From NCBI RefSeq assembly GCF_000829235.1, contig NZ_AP012549.1, positions 2,310,001 to 2,342,000 of the forward strand: a stretch of 32,000 nt of DNA, read 5' to 3'. Under the pieces are notes generated by a model, which ran no database searches, was not told where the DNA came from, and saw only the letters and a list, made by a program, of their open reading frames with translations. Below, in pieces: positions 10,171 to 19,879 of the stretch; position 1 is the stretch's first letter; every line of letters begins with the position of its first letter. Source of the stretch: a cyanobacterium endosymbiont of Epithemia turgida isolate EtSB Lake Yunoko (GTDB lineage: Bacteria > Cyanobacteriota > Cyanobacteriia > Cyanobacteriales > Microcystaceae). The translations under genes and the position numbers were made by a program.

Positions 10171-11106
10171 TTAGGGATGGGGTATTAGAGCTAAGGTTTC
10201 CTTGTCGATACCCATTTTGTGAGCGTAGGGGCGAAGGAACTCTCCCCCAGAGAGATTTTCGGGATTAACTGCTACTGTTTTATCCAAACTCGCTTTTTGA
10301 ATAGGTTTATTAGTTTCTTCCCATTGAGCATAAGTTTCTTCATCTTCAACGTGGAGAACAGATTTCATCCCACCATGGTAAGCTCCACATAGTTCAGCGC
10401 AGATAATGGGATAGTCTCCTTCGCGATTTGAGGTAAATGCTAAAGTCACATTTCGTCCAGGAATCGCATCTTGTTTAAGACGTAGTTGAGGAACCCAAAA
10501 GGCGTGTAGAACATCAGTTGCAGCAATAGTTAATTGAACGGGGCGATTTTTGGGAACATGAAGTTCTCCTGAAATGATTCCCGTCTCAGGATAAGTAAAA
10601 ACCCAAGCATATTGCATTCCTTGAACTTTTACCATGAGGGGAACAATTTCCCCGCTCTCATTAGCAGAGGTTCCAATTCCTAAGGCAACTTGCTTGTGAT
10701 TACCATCCATCGCAATTTGCTGAGGTGGGGTGTTATTAGAAATTAAGGGGTCAAGTCCCCCCATGTTGTCATAAACCTTGAAACTATAGAGAGCAAGGAC
10801 GAAAACGATAATGGTAGGAATAGCTGTCCAAAAAATTTCTAAAGGGACATTGCCTTCTATGGGCGGCCCGTCAGTTTGATCGTTGGGACGACGACGAAAT
10901 TTAATCAGACAAAATACAAGAGTCCCTTCCACTAGTAAAAAGAGGCCTATAGCAATGCTCATCATGAAATTGAAAATACTGTCTACTTGTGTGGCATCGT
11001 AAGATGCAGCTACTGGCATAAGTCCATGATTTTGACCGCACCAGAGACTAATTAGAGTGATTACGACACCAACAATAAGAGTGATGATATTACTGGGAAT
11101 CTTCAC
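10171..11106 (-). CDS. ctaC: Cytochrome c oxidase subunit II, CuA site present
   Basis: 311 aa with two N-terminal TM helices. DVLHAFWVP and CAELCGAYHGGM supply the CuA ligands, so this is a true cytochrome c oxidase rather than a quinol-oxidase-type subunit II. Confidence 0.95.
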   Translation of the reverse strand: MKIPSNIITLIVGVVITLISLWCGQNHGLMPVAASYDATQVDSIFNFMMSIAIGLFLLVEGTLVFCLIKFRRRPNDQTDGPPIEGNVPLEIFWTAIPTIIVFVLALYSFKVYDNMGGLDPLISNNTPPQQIAMDGNHKQVALGIGTSANESGEIVPLMVKVQGMQYAWVFTYPETGIISGELHVPKNRPVQLTIAATDVLHAFWVPQLRLKQDAIPGRNVTLAFTSNREGDYPIICAELCGAYHGGMKSVLHVEDEETYAQWEETNKPIQKASLDKTVAVNPENLSGGEFLRPYAHKMGIDKETLALIPHP

Positions 11107-11318
11107 GGTTGTTGATAAGAATATACAATTGACTACTTAATATCAACGGTAAAACATTCTTTTCAAAAAAGTGAGTATCTTTATGAGATCTTAAAGCAAT
11201 CTTTTTTTTTTCTTTAGAATTAGATCGGCTCAGAGTTGTAGTAAGCTATAAATTTGGGTTTAACACTTATCAAATAAGATCATCGAACTTCTTGTGTAAA
11301 TATTATAAATATAAAGAT

Positions 11319-11346
11319 AAAGGTTGATTAAAAAAAATCAACCTTT
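11319..11346. repeat. 11-bp inverted repeat AAAGGTTGATT / AATCAACCTTT with an A6 loop; symmetric terminator-like hairpin
   Basis: Read directly. Flanked by A/T runs on both sides and located between ftsI (stop 11838) and ctaC (start 11106). Confidence 0.6.
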
Positions 11347-11659
11347 AAAAATCTATAAATACTCTGTTCATGAGTTATTGGTGTATATTTTATTTTTTAT
11401 TTAAATTATGTTTAATCTGATATTTTTACTTATACTGTAAAATGCTTAACTCAGTTAAACAAATTAAATTCTTAAATGGATGTCCATAGTTATCTATTAT
11501 CAAGTTATAATGAAGATATAAATAGGTTTTTTTTCAAAAAAATAGACTCAACAGCAACTTTTTTTTATTAAGGCTAGAAAGCTGTGGGGTAATTAGTGTC
11601 GTCAAAACCTATCACCTATTTTGCCACAAAAAAATAGAAAGTATTAATAATAAATTGAC

Positions 11660-11722
11660 GTTAATCAAAAGAAGAAACTATAGATTTTTAAAAAAAATTT
11701 ATAGTTTCTTCTTTTGATTAAC
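11660..11722. repeat. 63-bp near-perfect palindrome (23-bp perfect outer arms, one G/T mismatch, 6 more pairs, 3-nt centre)
   Basis: Checked pairwise around centre 11691. 11660-11682 pairs with 11700-11722 and 11684-11689 with 11693-11698. About 115 nt downstream of the ftsI stop. Confidence 0.9.
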
Positions 11723-11837
11723 AGTGGTTTTGTTACCCTATATCATTAGCCGTTATGTAACAGAAACTACATAAAAAGTACTTCTCTTATTTAAGAATAA
11801 CCATTAACTTTTTCTTGATAAAAGATAAACATAATGC

Positions 11838-13670
11838 TCAATTATACTGAGAGGGAGGAATTCCTTTCAGAAAAATCAACGCTTCAATTACCTTTCTTGC
11901 AATAGGCGCGGCCACTGTTGAGCCATAAGTATCTGCTCCTTGGGGTTCATCTACCACTGTCATAACCACATAGCGAGGATTATCTATCGGTACAATCGCC
12001 ACAAAACTTGTTATTTTCGCACTAGGTAAATACCCTCCCCTAGGACCCGCTTTTTGGGATGTCCCTGTTTTGCCTCCAATCCGATAGCCTGAAATTTGAG
12101 ATGCTTTCCCTGACCCATCAGTAACTACAGTTTCCATCATCTCTGCTACTTGCCGACTTACATGGGGTGACATAATCTGGGTAACTTTATGCTTGGGTTT
12201 CCAATGCAGATAACCATCAACATCAACTAATCCACGAACTAGATGGGGAGTCACTAATTTTCCTCCATTGGCCAACGCCCCATGTAATTGAACTAACTTG
12301 ATAGGAGTTAAGGACAGACCTTGTCCAAAAGAGGCTGTAGCTACTTCAATTCCTTTTTTAGTGAAGACTTCTTCACTTTTGAGATAACCACTCACTTCCC
12401 CTGGCAAATCAATTCCTGTTTTTTTATTAATTTGTAATTGCTGTAACCGTTGATAGTAATCTTTACGACTTAATCGCCGCATCATATGAACCATAGCTAC
12501 ATTACTAGAAGTTTGTAAAATTTTAGCAATGTTAATCGCTCCATGTCCTATTCTAGTAGCATTGTAGATATTCCAACCATCCACCTGCACCGCTCCAGAA
12601 TCGTGGATTACCGTATTTGGCTGGATCACTCCTGCTGTGAGGGCTAAAGCAACATTAATTGGTTTAAAAGTCGAGCCTGGTTCATAGAGATCAGTAACTG
12701 TCCAATTCTTAAATAGTTCTATTCTAGACTTATAGTATTTATTAGGATCAAAAGTTGGTTCACATACTAAAGATATCAACGAGCCATCAGTGCTATCCAT
12801 AATAATTACTGCTCCCCGTTTAGCATGAAATTTTTTCAATTGCTGTCGAAGAGCAACCCGTGCTGCTCTCTGTATCCGCATATCTAAGGTTAACTGCACT
12901 CGCATATCATTAGATTTCAGCAAATCTTGAGGTAAAAAAGCAGGAACAATCTCTCCTAAGGCAGTACGACGCACGTATAAACTTAGTAAATCTCGTTCCA
13001 ATAGCTTTTCCTGACTGCGTTCAATTCCTGCTTGGCCATTACGATCACTATCAACATAGCCAATCACCTCAGATACCATCTTTTCTTGAGGATAAAATCG
13101 AGTATAAGACTCGTTCAACTCCACCCCATCCAGACGCAATTTTTCAATTCTAGCCGCCTGTCCTTCTGTTAAACCACGAGCAATGGGAATGCCCGTATCA
13201 CGCTGTTTAAAACGCTCAAATAGTTGTTGCGGGGTTTTATCATCGAGGATAGGACTAAGTTTAGCAGCTACTTCTTCTTTAGTTATTTTAAATTGAATAG
13301 GATGGACATAAAGAATATGTGCGAGGCGATCAGTCGCCAAAACATTACCCTGACTGTCAATGATAGATCGTCGCGGAATATAAGGTCTTAAATTAACCGT
13401 TTGTTGTAATCGGGCTTTTTTTTGTAATTCTGGTGCTTGAACAATCTGTAATTGATATAGTTTCACCCCTAAGCCAATCATTGCTCCTATCAAGACTCCC
13501 CAAACTAATAAAAGTCTCAACTGGGGTAGGGCAGTTCTTTTTTTAGAACTAGAGACTGCCAAAAAACTTCGAGGAATACAGCCATACAAGGCTGATTTTC
13601 GAGGTAAACGACTTTTTCTATCTGGATATTTAGATCTAGATGAAAACCGCTTGAAGTTAGATCTACTCAT
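11838..13670 (-). CDS. ftsI: Peptidoglycan D,D-transpeptidase (class B PBP, FtsI/PBP2-type)
   Basis: 610 aa with an N-terminal TM anchor and the transpeptidase motifs STFK (GSTFKPIN), SSN (QTSSNVA) and KTGT (GGKTGTSQK). Directly downstream of an ftsL-like gene. Confidence 0.9.
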   Translation of the reverse strand: MSRSNFKRFSSRSKYPDRKSRLPRKSALYGCIPRSFLAVSSSKKRTALPQLRLLLVWGVLIGAMIGLGVKLYQLQIVQAPELQKKARLQQTVNLRPYIPRRSIIDSQGNVLATDRLAHILYVHPIQFKITKEEVAAKLSPILDDKTPQQLFERFKQRDTGIPIARGLTEGQAARIEKLRLDGVELNESYTRFYPQEKMVSEVIGYVDSDRNGQAGIERSQEKLLERDLLSLYVRRTALGEIVPAFLPQDLLKSNDMRVQLTLDMRIQRAARVALRQQLKKFHAKRGAVIIMDSTDGSLISLVCEPTFDPNKYYKSRIELFKNWTVTDLYEPGSTFKPINVALALTAGVIQPNTVIHDSGAVQVDGWNIYNATRIGHGAINIAKILQTSSNVAMVHMMRRLSRKDYYQRLQQLQINKKTGIDLPGEVSGYLKSEEVFTKKGIEVATASFGQGLSLTPIKLVQLHGALANGGKLVTPHLVRGLVDVDGYLHWKPKHKVTQIMSPHVSRQVAEMMETVVTDGSGKASQISGYRIGGKTGTSQKAGPRGGYLPSAKITSFVAIVPIDNPRYVVMTVVDEPQGADTYGSTVAAPIARKVIEALIFLKGIPPSQYN

Positions 13671-13962
13671 TGAGTTGTGGGAAGTTTGGCATTAGGAAAT
13701 GAGCAACTTTGATGTTCTCCGTACTTTAAGCTATTACAATAGGAGTTTTCCAACCTCACGGATAGGGTTTTGGTGTTTCAATATATCATCGACTCCCTAA
13801 AAAACTAGTCAGTCTGGTTGGCTAGTTTAGCACAAACAATAATGTTTGACTATATTTACAGTAAATAGTGAGTATTGATGATACTCATGATAGTTCAGTA
13901 ATTATTTACAACGCTTAATTCAATCCATTGAAGTATCAAAATAGCTATTTATGTTAATTAAG

Positions 13963-14454
13963 TTAATAAGCTATAGGACCTTCAGCCATCCAAGGGTTTC
14001 CCTGATTAGAAATCGTGGCATCAGTAACAGATAAAGGGACAACCTTAATATCCGGGAGAAAAATCAAGTCTTTTGGATGAAGTTGCGTTAAACCAGCTTC
14101 TGGTTTTTGGGCTTGTTGAGCTAATTGATGTTTTAAGACTTCATTAGCCCCAACTAAATAGCGTTCCTCCTGTTGTAGCTTAGTTAATTTTCTAAATTCT
14201 TGACTCCAGAGGGTCGGCATCCGAACTGTCCATCCATAAACACCTAAAGTTAAGGTCACTAGACAAAAAGCAAAAGTAGCAGAAATTTTGTTGATGAGTA
14301 AAAGAAATTGTAAATCATAATGTACTTTATCTTTTTTGCTCGATATGTTAGCGATTTTTCGGGAATTAACCGATGAATAAGTCGGTAAAGCTCTCCGTGA
14401 TTTCTTTAAACGTGAGGATTTAGGAATAGGTTGATAATCACGTGCAGCAATCAT
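13963..14454 (-). CDS. FtsL/DivIC-like bitopic cell-division protein (hypothetical)
   Basis: 163 aa. One TM helix (ISATFAFCLVTLTLGVYGW) is followed by a coiled-coil-like stretch (LWSQEFRKLTKLQQEERYLVGANEVLKHQLAQQ). Its position upstream of ftsI on the same strand is as in dcw clusters. The assignment rests on architecture and position only. Confidence 0.5.
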   Translation of the reverse strand: MIAARDYQPIPKSSRLKKSRRALPTYSSVNSRKIANISSKKDKVHYDLQFLLLINKISATFAFCLVTLTLGVYGWTVRMPTLWSQEFRKLTKLQQEERYLVGANEVLKHQLAQQAQKPEAGLTQLHPKDLIFLPDIKVVPLSVTDATISNQGNPWMAEGPIAY

Positions 14455-14660
14455 AATCTAGTTGATATTTCAATTGGATTAGAAGTGACTTAAGAGAATT
14501 TCGATAAATCAATATCGGTAATTAATTCTTATGGAGTCTTGTCTGAAAGACGAGGATAACCTTCTTTATGTTGCATAATGACCAAACTGTTCTGAAATAG
14601 AAGACTTATCATATATAGAGTCTATACTAATCCGTTTAATGATTATCTCTGTGATTTTTT

Positions 14661-15140
14661 ATGGTCTATTTCTCAAAAAAAAGTCGGTTTAATTTTGTGC
14701 TGCTTACAACAATTTACCTTAACTTCAGATTTTACATCTTACCTGTTCAAGGACAGCTGCAATTATATAATCCCATCCCCTTAGCTTCCAATAATAAAGT
14801 TATGGACACTCTTTCTGCTCAAGACATTCCTACCGGAGAAGGGGGATTTGCACGTGATTATTTAGTGGAACTTGAACATGGAGATCAGGTAGCAATTGAC
14901 CTAATGTCTGAGGAATTTGATAGTGTTGTTTTACTATTAGCAGCTGACGGGTCTACCATTGCGGAAAATGATGACGGACCTGATGGTTCGACTAATTCTC
15001 TCTTATTTGCTCGAATTACTGAGAGTGGAAAGTATATCATCAGAATTCGTGCCTTTGGAGAGACAGGAGGTGGAAAATTTACCCTTAAATTAGATCGCCT
15101 ACGTCCAGTTAAGAACTTACGTAACAAACCAGCAAGTTAA
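14661..15140 (+). CDS. Secreted protein with a pre-peptidase C-terminal (PPC)-type domain
   Basis: 159 aa with a hydrophobic N-terminus. [41 protein letters not shown]...[22 protein letters not shown] matches the PPC-domain pattern common in cyanobacterial exported proteins. Confidence 0.6.
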   Translation: MVYFSKKSRFNFVLLTTIYLNFRFYILPVQGQLQLYNPIPLASNNKVMDTLSAQDIPTGEGGFARDYLVELEHGDQVAIDLMSEEFDSVVLLLAADGSTIAENDDGPDGSTNSLLFARITESGKYIIRIRAFGETGGGKFTLKLDRLRPVKNLRNKPAS

Positions 15141-15902
15141 AATACTTAAGATTAAGGCTTCACTCCATTCTACTACTGCACCGTAGGTATCCCCTGTATG
15201 TCCACCTAAACGCTGATAAAACTAGAAACCATAATAGCAATAGTACTTCCAAGCACAGCTACCTTAACTCCCAATCACCAACGATGAACGTCGAAGAGAA
15301 TTAATAATCCACTGAGGGTTAATAAACTTCCTAATCCTAAAAACAGATCTTGGGGTAATTTTATGCTCTGTTTGTGAAATACGCCTTTACCGGTAGGTTT
15401 TAGGTAATGATAAAAAGTGATAGCAGCTACCTGTCCCGATCTTCCCCATTCTGCGGCTATCATTAACACCAACCAACGGTAACTGGTTATCTCACTTAAA
15501 GCAATGGTTTTTAACCCTAATACAACTACCGCGTCCATTACACCAAAAGTTCCGGCTACACTATCTTGCATAATTTTCAACCGACGAGTAGAATCAGTTG
15601 CCCCTAATCCATCAGCTGTATCGATAGCACCGTCTAGGTGTAATCCTCCCGTTAAAACAAGTTAAACAGCAACAATTGAAACACTACGGATGACTATGGG
15701 AAATCCCACAAAGTTTAAGCCCATATCTGCTAGTCCTAACCCTCCTCCGAGTAATATTCCTAGTAATGGAGACCATCGAGCTAGTTGTTGAAACAACTGT
15801 GTCCATCGGGAAGGAAGGGTAATAAATAATTGTATAAAATGTAATCGTGCCTAAAAATGTTTTCAAATCATATTCAAGATGTTGAACAAGTTTTTTAATC
15901 AT
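15117..15902 (-). pseudogene. cobS: Adenosylcobinamide-GDP ribazoletransferase (cobalamin synthase) pseudogene
   Basis: The minus-strand reading needs three frames. Frame a: MIKKLVQHLEYDLKTFLGTITFY... Frame b, after a shift near 15800: QLFQQLARWSPLLGILLGGGLGLADMGLNFVGFPIVIRSVSIVAV*LVLTGGLHLDGAIDTADGLGATDSTRRLKIMQDSVAGTFGV...DVHRW*, with TAA at 15662-15664 and TGA at 15275-15277. Frame c, after a shift near 15215: [34 protein letters not shown], stop at 15117-15119. GGLHLDG..DT.DG and GG.TGD..GA are CobS hallmarks. Confidence 0.85.
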
Positions 15903-16692
15903 TTAGATACAGTTGCGCATTAACCGAAATAATTTCTTTAAATGTTAGTAAATTTACTGATTATAAGTGGTTGGGGAACCATAAGTATTTTACCAACTAA
16001 CCCCTAAAATTTAGGTCAATCTGTAAGTCGCTAAACTTTAAAAAATATAAAATGTTAAAGATAGTTAAAAAAAGAGAGTAATAAATGTCAGGCTGCTCAG
16101 AAGTTCAGCTGACATGATTAGGAGAGTTAAAATTATAAAAGTTGACTTGTGCCCAAAATTTTCTTGCAAATTAGAGCGAAAACAGGAATTTTATGTTTAA
16201 CTTAAAAAAAGTTAAATTAATTGGCAACTTAGTAAAAGTATCAAAAAATTTTAAAAAATAATTTTTAATTGGATTGTTTAAAAAGTACAACTATTATAAA
16301 ATTTCTCGATAAATAAAAGAAAATCAATCTGGAAAAAGATGTATTTAATAGATATACAATTTATCCGAAAAAAGATTAAAATAATAATTTTAAATGGCTT
16401 AAAGTTAATTAAATATTTAAACAAAAGGAAACTAATTTAAACTAGATAATCAAATAATTTGTATTTGTTTATCGCTGTAAATAAAAACAAAAAAAATTAT
16501 AAAGATTCATTAATCTCATAAACATAAAAAAGCCAAAAACTAAAAAGTTTTATAAAATAAAGTAAATGGAACTCAGAAATACTGTCAGAATAAAGAAATA
16601 GATAAAATAATTATTTTTGATGATCACTCAGTGCGTACAAGTGCTTTAGTTAAAGCCCAACTAAGACAATAGACAGAAAAAGGTTATATTGA

Positions 16693-16756
16693 TTATTTCT
16701 ACTATCTTCCTTATAGTCACCAATAAAAGTTACTATAAGAAAGATAGTAGAAATAA
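16693..16756. repeat. 25-bp inverted repeat with one mismatch and a 14-nt loop
   Basis: 16693-16717 pairs with 16732-16756, checked pairwise. The only mismatch is 16709/16740. Confidence 0.9.
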
Positions 16757-16824
16757 AAACTCATTAAATTGCCGGGAATATACATAAAAATGAATATTAT
16801 TTAGCTAAATAAATAATGTTCATT

Positions 16825-16923
16825 TCAAGAGGGTCACTCTAAACAATATTAACTAAATTGATATAAATCAAACTCTAATTACTGAAGTATAAAGATACGA
16901 AATAATTCCCTTTTTCAAAGTTT
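16825..16923 (+). repeat. Copy B of a paralogous AT-rich noncoding element (partner at 20260-20343)
   Basis: Hand alignment. Shared blocks are TCAA.AG.G..ACT.TA.A.AAT.TTA, AACTCTAAT, TATAAAGATAC, AATAATT, CTTTTT and AAA.TTT. I count about 78% identity over the ~58-nt core and about 68% in the 5' part. Copy B carries a ~13-14-nt insertion (TAAATTGATATAAA). Confidence 0.6.
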
Positions 16924-17134
16924 ATTTAAAGCTGCTTACTTAGCATAAGTATAAAGTAGATAACAATTTGAAAACAAGACTACCTTGAGTTATCTCTCGT
17001 CAAAACTTTAAGAAATAATCATGGGATCTTGGATTAGGATTGTATGGTAAGGAATTACTCTTACTCGTACATCACCGCCCATTAATTATTTACCGTTAGG
17101 TTAAATTAATGGTCGTATCTATAGGCAATTTCCC

Positions 17135-17593
17135 ATGAATCATAACCACACCTCACACCCATTACCTGCTCCTTGTATTATTGACGTTGGTGTTATTATC
17201 AACAACGAAGATATGCGACGGGTTCTCAATGATTTAGTCCGTGTTCATTATATTCATACCTTTGATAAAGAAGTACAGAGTGAGGGGGAAGGATGGGTTG
17301 TCGAAGTTTTTAGCGATCCTCAGCAAGGGACTATCATTGCTAATCACTCTCTCTATCTTAATGTCCAAAGCTTCGACTATTTACAATTACACCGTTCACC
17401 TACTCAGAAAACTTACTTTGATCTAATGCAAGATCATCGTTGTCTAAGATTAATTCCCATTACTCACTCTTCTCAAACCTCAGAATTAAATTTCAATCTG
17501 GATGTTGATACCCTCGAAGCCATGGTTATTAAAGTTTTGGCTGCTAAATGGGATGTTCAATTGGACAACAAAGATGATGATTATCCTTTTTGA
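17135..17593 (+). CDS. Hypothetical protein (looks like a real, conserved-type coding sequence; family not recognised)
   Basis: A 152-codon open frame with non-biased amino-acid composition in a genome where decayed DNA accumulates stops quickly. Convergent with nadB, 5 nt apart. Confidence 0.6.
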   Translation: MNHNHTSHPLPAPCIIDVGVIINNEDMRRVLNDLVRVHYIHTFDKEVQSEGEGWVVEVFSDPQQGTIIANHSLYLNVQSFDYLQLHRSPTQKTYFDLMQDHRCLRLIPITHSSQTSELNFNLDVDTLEAMVIKVLAAKWDVQLDNKDDDYPF

Positions 17594-17598
17594 AAAAA

Positions 17599-19287
17599 TT
17601 ACATCGATTCAACTTGATTGGTTCTAGATTGGTGACTGCAGATTAGAGTGTGTACCCGCCATTGAAGAGAGGATTTAGGATAATCAATTCGATAATGTCC
17701 TCCACGACTTTCTGTTCGAAACAAGGCACTTTTTAAGATCAAGTAGGCAATATCCAGTAAATTTAAGGTTTCTGCACAAGTTCGTAGATGAGTGTGTGCT
17801 GTAGGAGAGTCAAAAACTATCTGTTGGCCAGGTTCTAAGTTCAGCACATATTGACTACTGTCGATATGCGTTAATTGTTCTCGCCAGTCTTTAACTTGGT
17901 CTAAAGCCGTTTGTAATAAACTTTGTTCTCGACAAATTCCTGCACTTTTCCAGAGTAAATTTGGTAAATCTCGATTAATCTTCTTGAGCAATTCTATTTC
18001 TGTGGTCCATTCTCCCTTTTTCCTTACAACCGAAACCTTGTATGGACTGATTGTCTGTGGTGAATTCACTTCGATGTTGGATAACTGCGCGGCAAACACC
18101 AAGCACTCTAACAGAGAATTACTGGCTAAACGATTTGCTCCATGAACTCCTGTACTAGCAGTTTCTCCAATAGCATAGAGTCCCTTAATAGAAGTCTCAT
18201 TCTTAAGATTTACGCAAATGCCCCCCATCCAGTAATGGGCAGCTGGAGCCACAGGAATTGGCTCTTTAAACACATCTATCCCCCAATTTCGACATACCTG
18301 AATAATATTAGGAAAACGACGGCGAATTCGCTCAGATTCGATGGGACGTAAATCAAGGTAAACATAGTCGTGGGCAGGATTTACTGCCGTTTTTTGTAAG
18401 TGACTAAAAATAGCACGACTAACTACATCCCTGGGAGCTAACTCCCCATTTGGATGATAATCAAAAGTAAAGCGTCGCCCTTGGTGATCGATTAAGTGTG
18501 CTCCTTCTCCCCGCACTGCTTCACTAATAAGAAAATGAGGAGCATTATGTTTAATTAAAGCTGTTGGATGAAACTGAAAAAACTCTAGGTCCTTGAGGAC
18601 GGCTCCTCCTCGCCAAGCTAAAGCCACACCATCCCCTGTACTAACAGTAGGATTAGTCGTTTGAGCATAAACTCGACCGCCTCCACCGGTGGCTAAAATT
18701 ACCGCAGATGAGCGAACCCAATGAATTTGTCTTTGATATAGAACACTGACCCCTAGACATTGTTTTTGCAGAGAATCAAGCCACAATTTTAAAGCAACTG
18801 CTTGAGAAATAATTGTAATGTTGGAGCGTTCTAATACCTTCTCTGTGAGAGTACTAATGATTGCCCGTCCTGTAGTATCTGCTGCATGAAGCACACGAGG
18901 ATGAGAATGGGCAGCTTCTAGAGTCATAGCCAATTGGCTATTTTTTCGGTCAAATGCTACTCCCATTTTCACTAAAGAATCAATCGCGCTAGGGGCTTCA
19001 TTAACAAGGAATTCCACAGCACTATAATCACACAATTGAACACCCGCTTTGAGGGTATCTTCTAGATGAAATTGTGGAGAATCGTTAGCAGCGATCGCTG
19101 CTGCAATTCCTCCCTGCGCCCAATCACTAGCTCCTGTTTTTAAGGTATCTTTGGTGATTAATCCAACTCGATACTTTGGGGGCAAACACAAGGCACCATA
19201 CAGTCCAGCTGCCCCTGAACCCACTACTAAAATATCAAATTGGGTTGTCAGAAGGTCAGCAGAAACAAGATTAGCTGATGATATCAA
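17599..19287 (-). CDS. nadB: L-aspartate oxidase
   Basis: 562 aa. FAD-binding DILVVGSGAAGL, HYWMGG and the RGGHYR-type C-terminal region are typical of NadB in the succinate dehydrogenase/fumarate reductase flavoprotein family. HIP1 site at 19091-19098. Confidence 0.95.
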   Translation of the reverse strand: MISSANLVSADLLTTQFDILVVGSGAAGLYGALCLPPKYRVGLITKDTLKTGASDWAQGGIAAAIAANDSPQFHLEDTLKAGVQLCDYSAVEFLVNEAPSAIDSLVKMGVAFDRKNSQLAMTLEAAHSHPRVLHAADTTGRAIISTLTEKVLERSNITIISQAVALKLWLDSLQKQCLGVSVLYQRQIHWVRSSAVILATGGGGRVYAQTTNPTVSTGDGVALAWRGGAVLKDLEFFQFHPTALIKHNAPHFLISEAVRGEGAHLIDHQGRRFTFDYHPNGELAPRDVVSRAIFSHLQKTAVNPAHDYVYLDLRPIESERIRRRFPNIIQVCRNWGIDVFKEPIPVAPAAHYWMGGICVNLKNETSIKGLYAIGETASTGVHGANRLASNSLLECLVFAAQLSNIEVNSPQTISPYKVSVVRKKGEWTTEIELLKKINRDLPNLLWKSAGICREQSLLQTALDQVKDWREQLTHIDSSQYVLNLEPGQQIVFDSPTAHTHLRTCAETLNLLDIAYLILKSALFRTESRGGHYRIDYPKSSLQWRVHTLICSHQSRTNQVESM

Positions 19288-19408
19288 AGTAATAAAAAAT
19301 GGTTGTCTATAAATTTTTTTTATTTTAACTTTTTTATCCTAGCCGCAGTCTTTCATCATTTTGGTTTGTTAATTAAATAACTCAAAAAATCCTCAGTTAA
19401 GAGTATTT

Positions 19409-19879
19409 TTATGAAAAAACTATTATTTTAATTAAATATTGATTAACAGCTTGGTCTAAACGCTCATTTTCTTCTGTTGCTTCAAGGGCAAGAAGAGTTA
19501 CTAACATATTTGGATGTTTTTCCAGTTTTTACTGAGTCCAGATATTTCTAAAATCTATTTCACCTCTAGAATAAGGAGAGTTAACAATAATATTACTGGC
19601 TAGGTCAGGATGGAAATCACTTAATTCCAAAAACTAACGAATATTGCTGTTGTTTAAATTAAACTTTTTAGCATATTTTTTTGAGCATATAGAGTTAACT
19701 TTGTATCTATTAGGTTTAAAGTAGGTGTAGCTAATACCTGTTTCACAAATACCTAAACAACTAATTATTACAACTGAGATAGCGATAATACAAACTAAGG
19801 TTTTCATTGATTGAATTTCTCTCAATAAACTAAGATAATTTATCTTCTTAAACGATAAGCAAAAAATTCGGTTCGTCAA
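19409..19879 (-). pseudogene. Possible pseudogene of a small exported protein (two in-frame stops)
   Basis: One minus-strand frame reads ...MKTLVCIIAISVVIISCLG...NLNNSNIR*FLELSDFHPDLASNIIVNSPYSRGEIDFRNIWTQ*KLEKHPNMLVTLLALEATEENERLDQAVNQYLIKIIVFS*. Stops are at 19634-19636 and 19529-19531, with the terminal stop at 19409-19411. The downstream part looks protein-like but I recognise no family. Confidence 0.3.
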
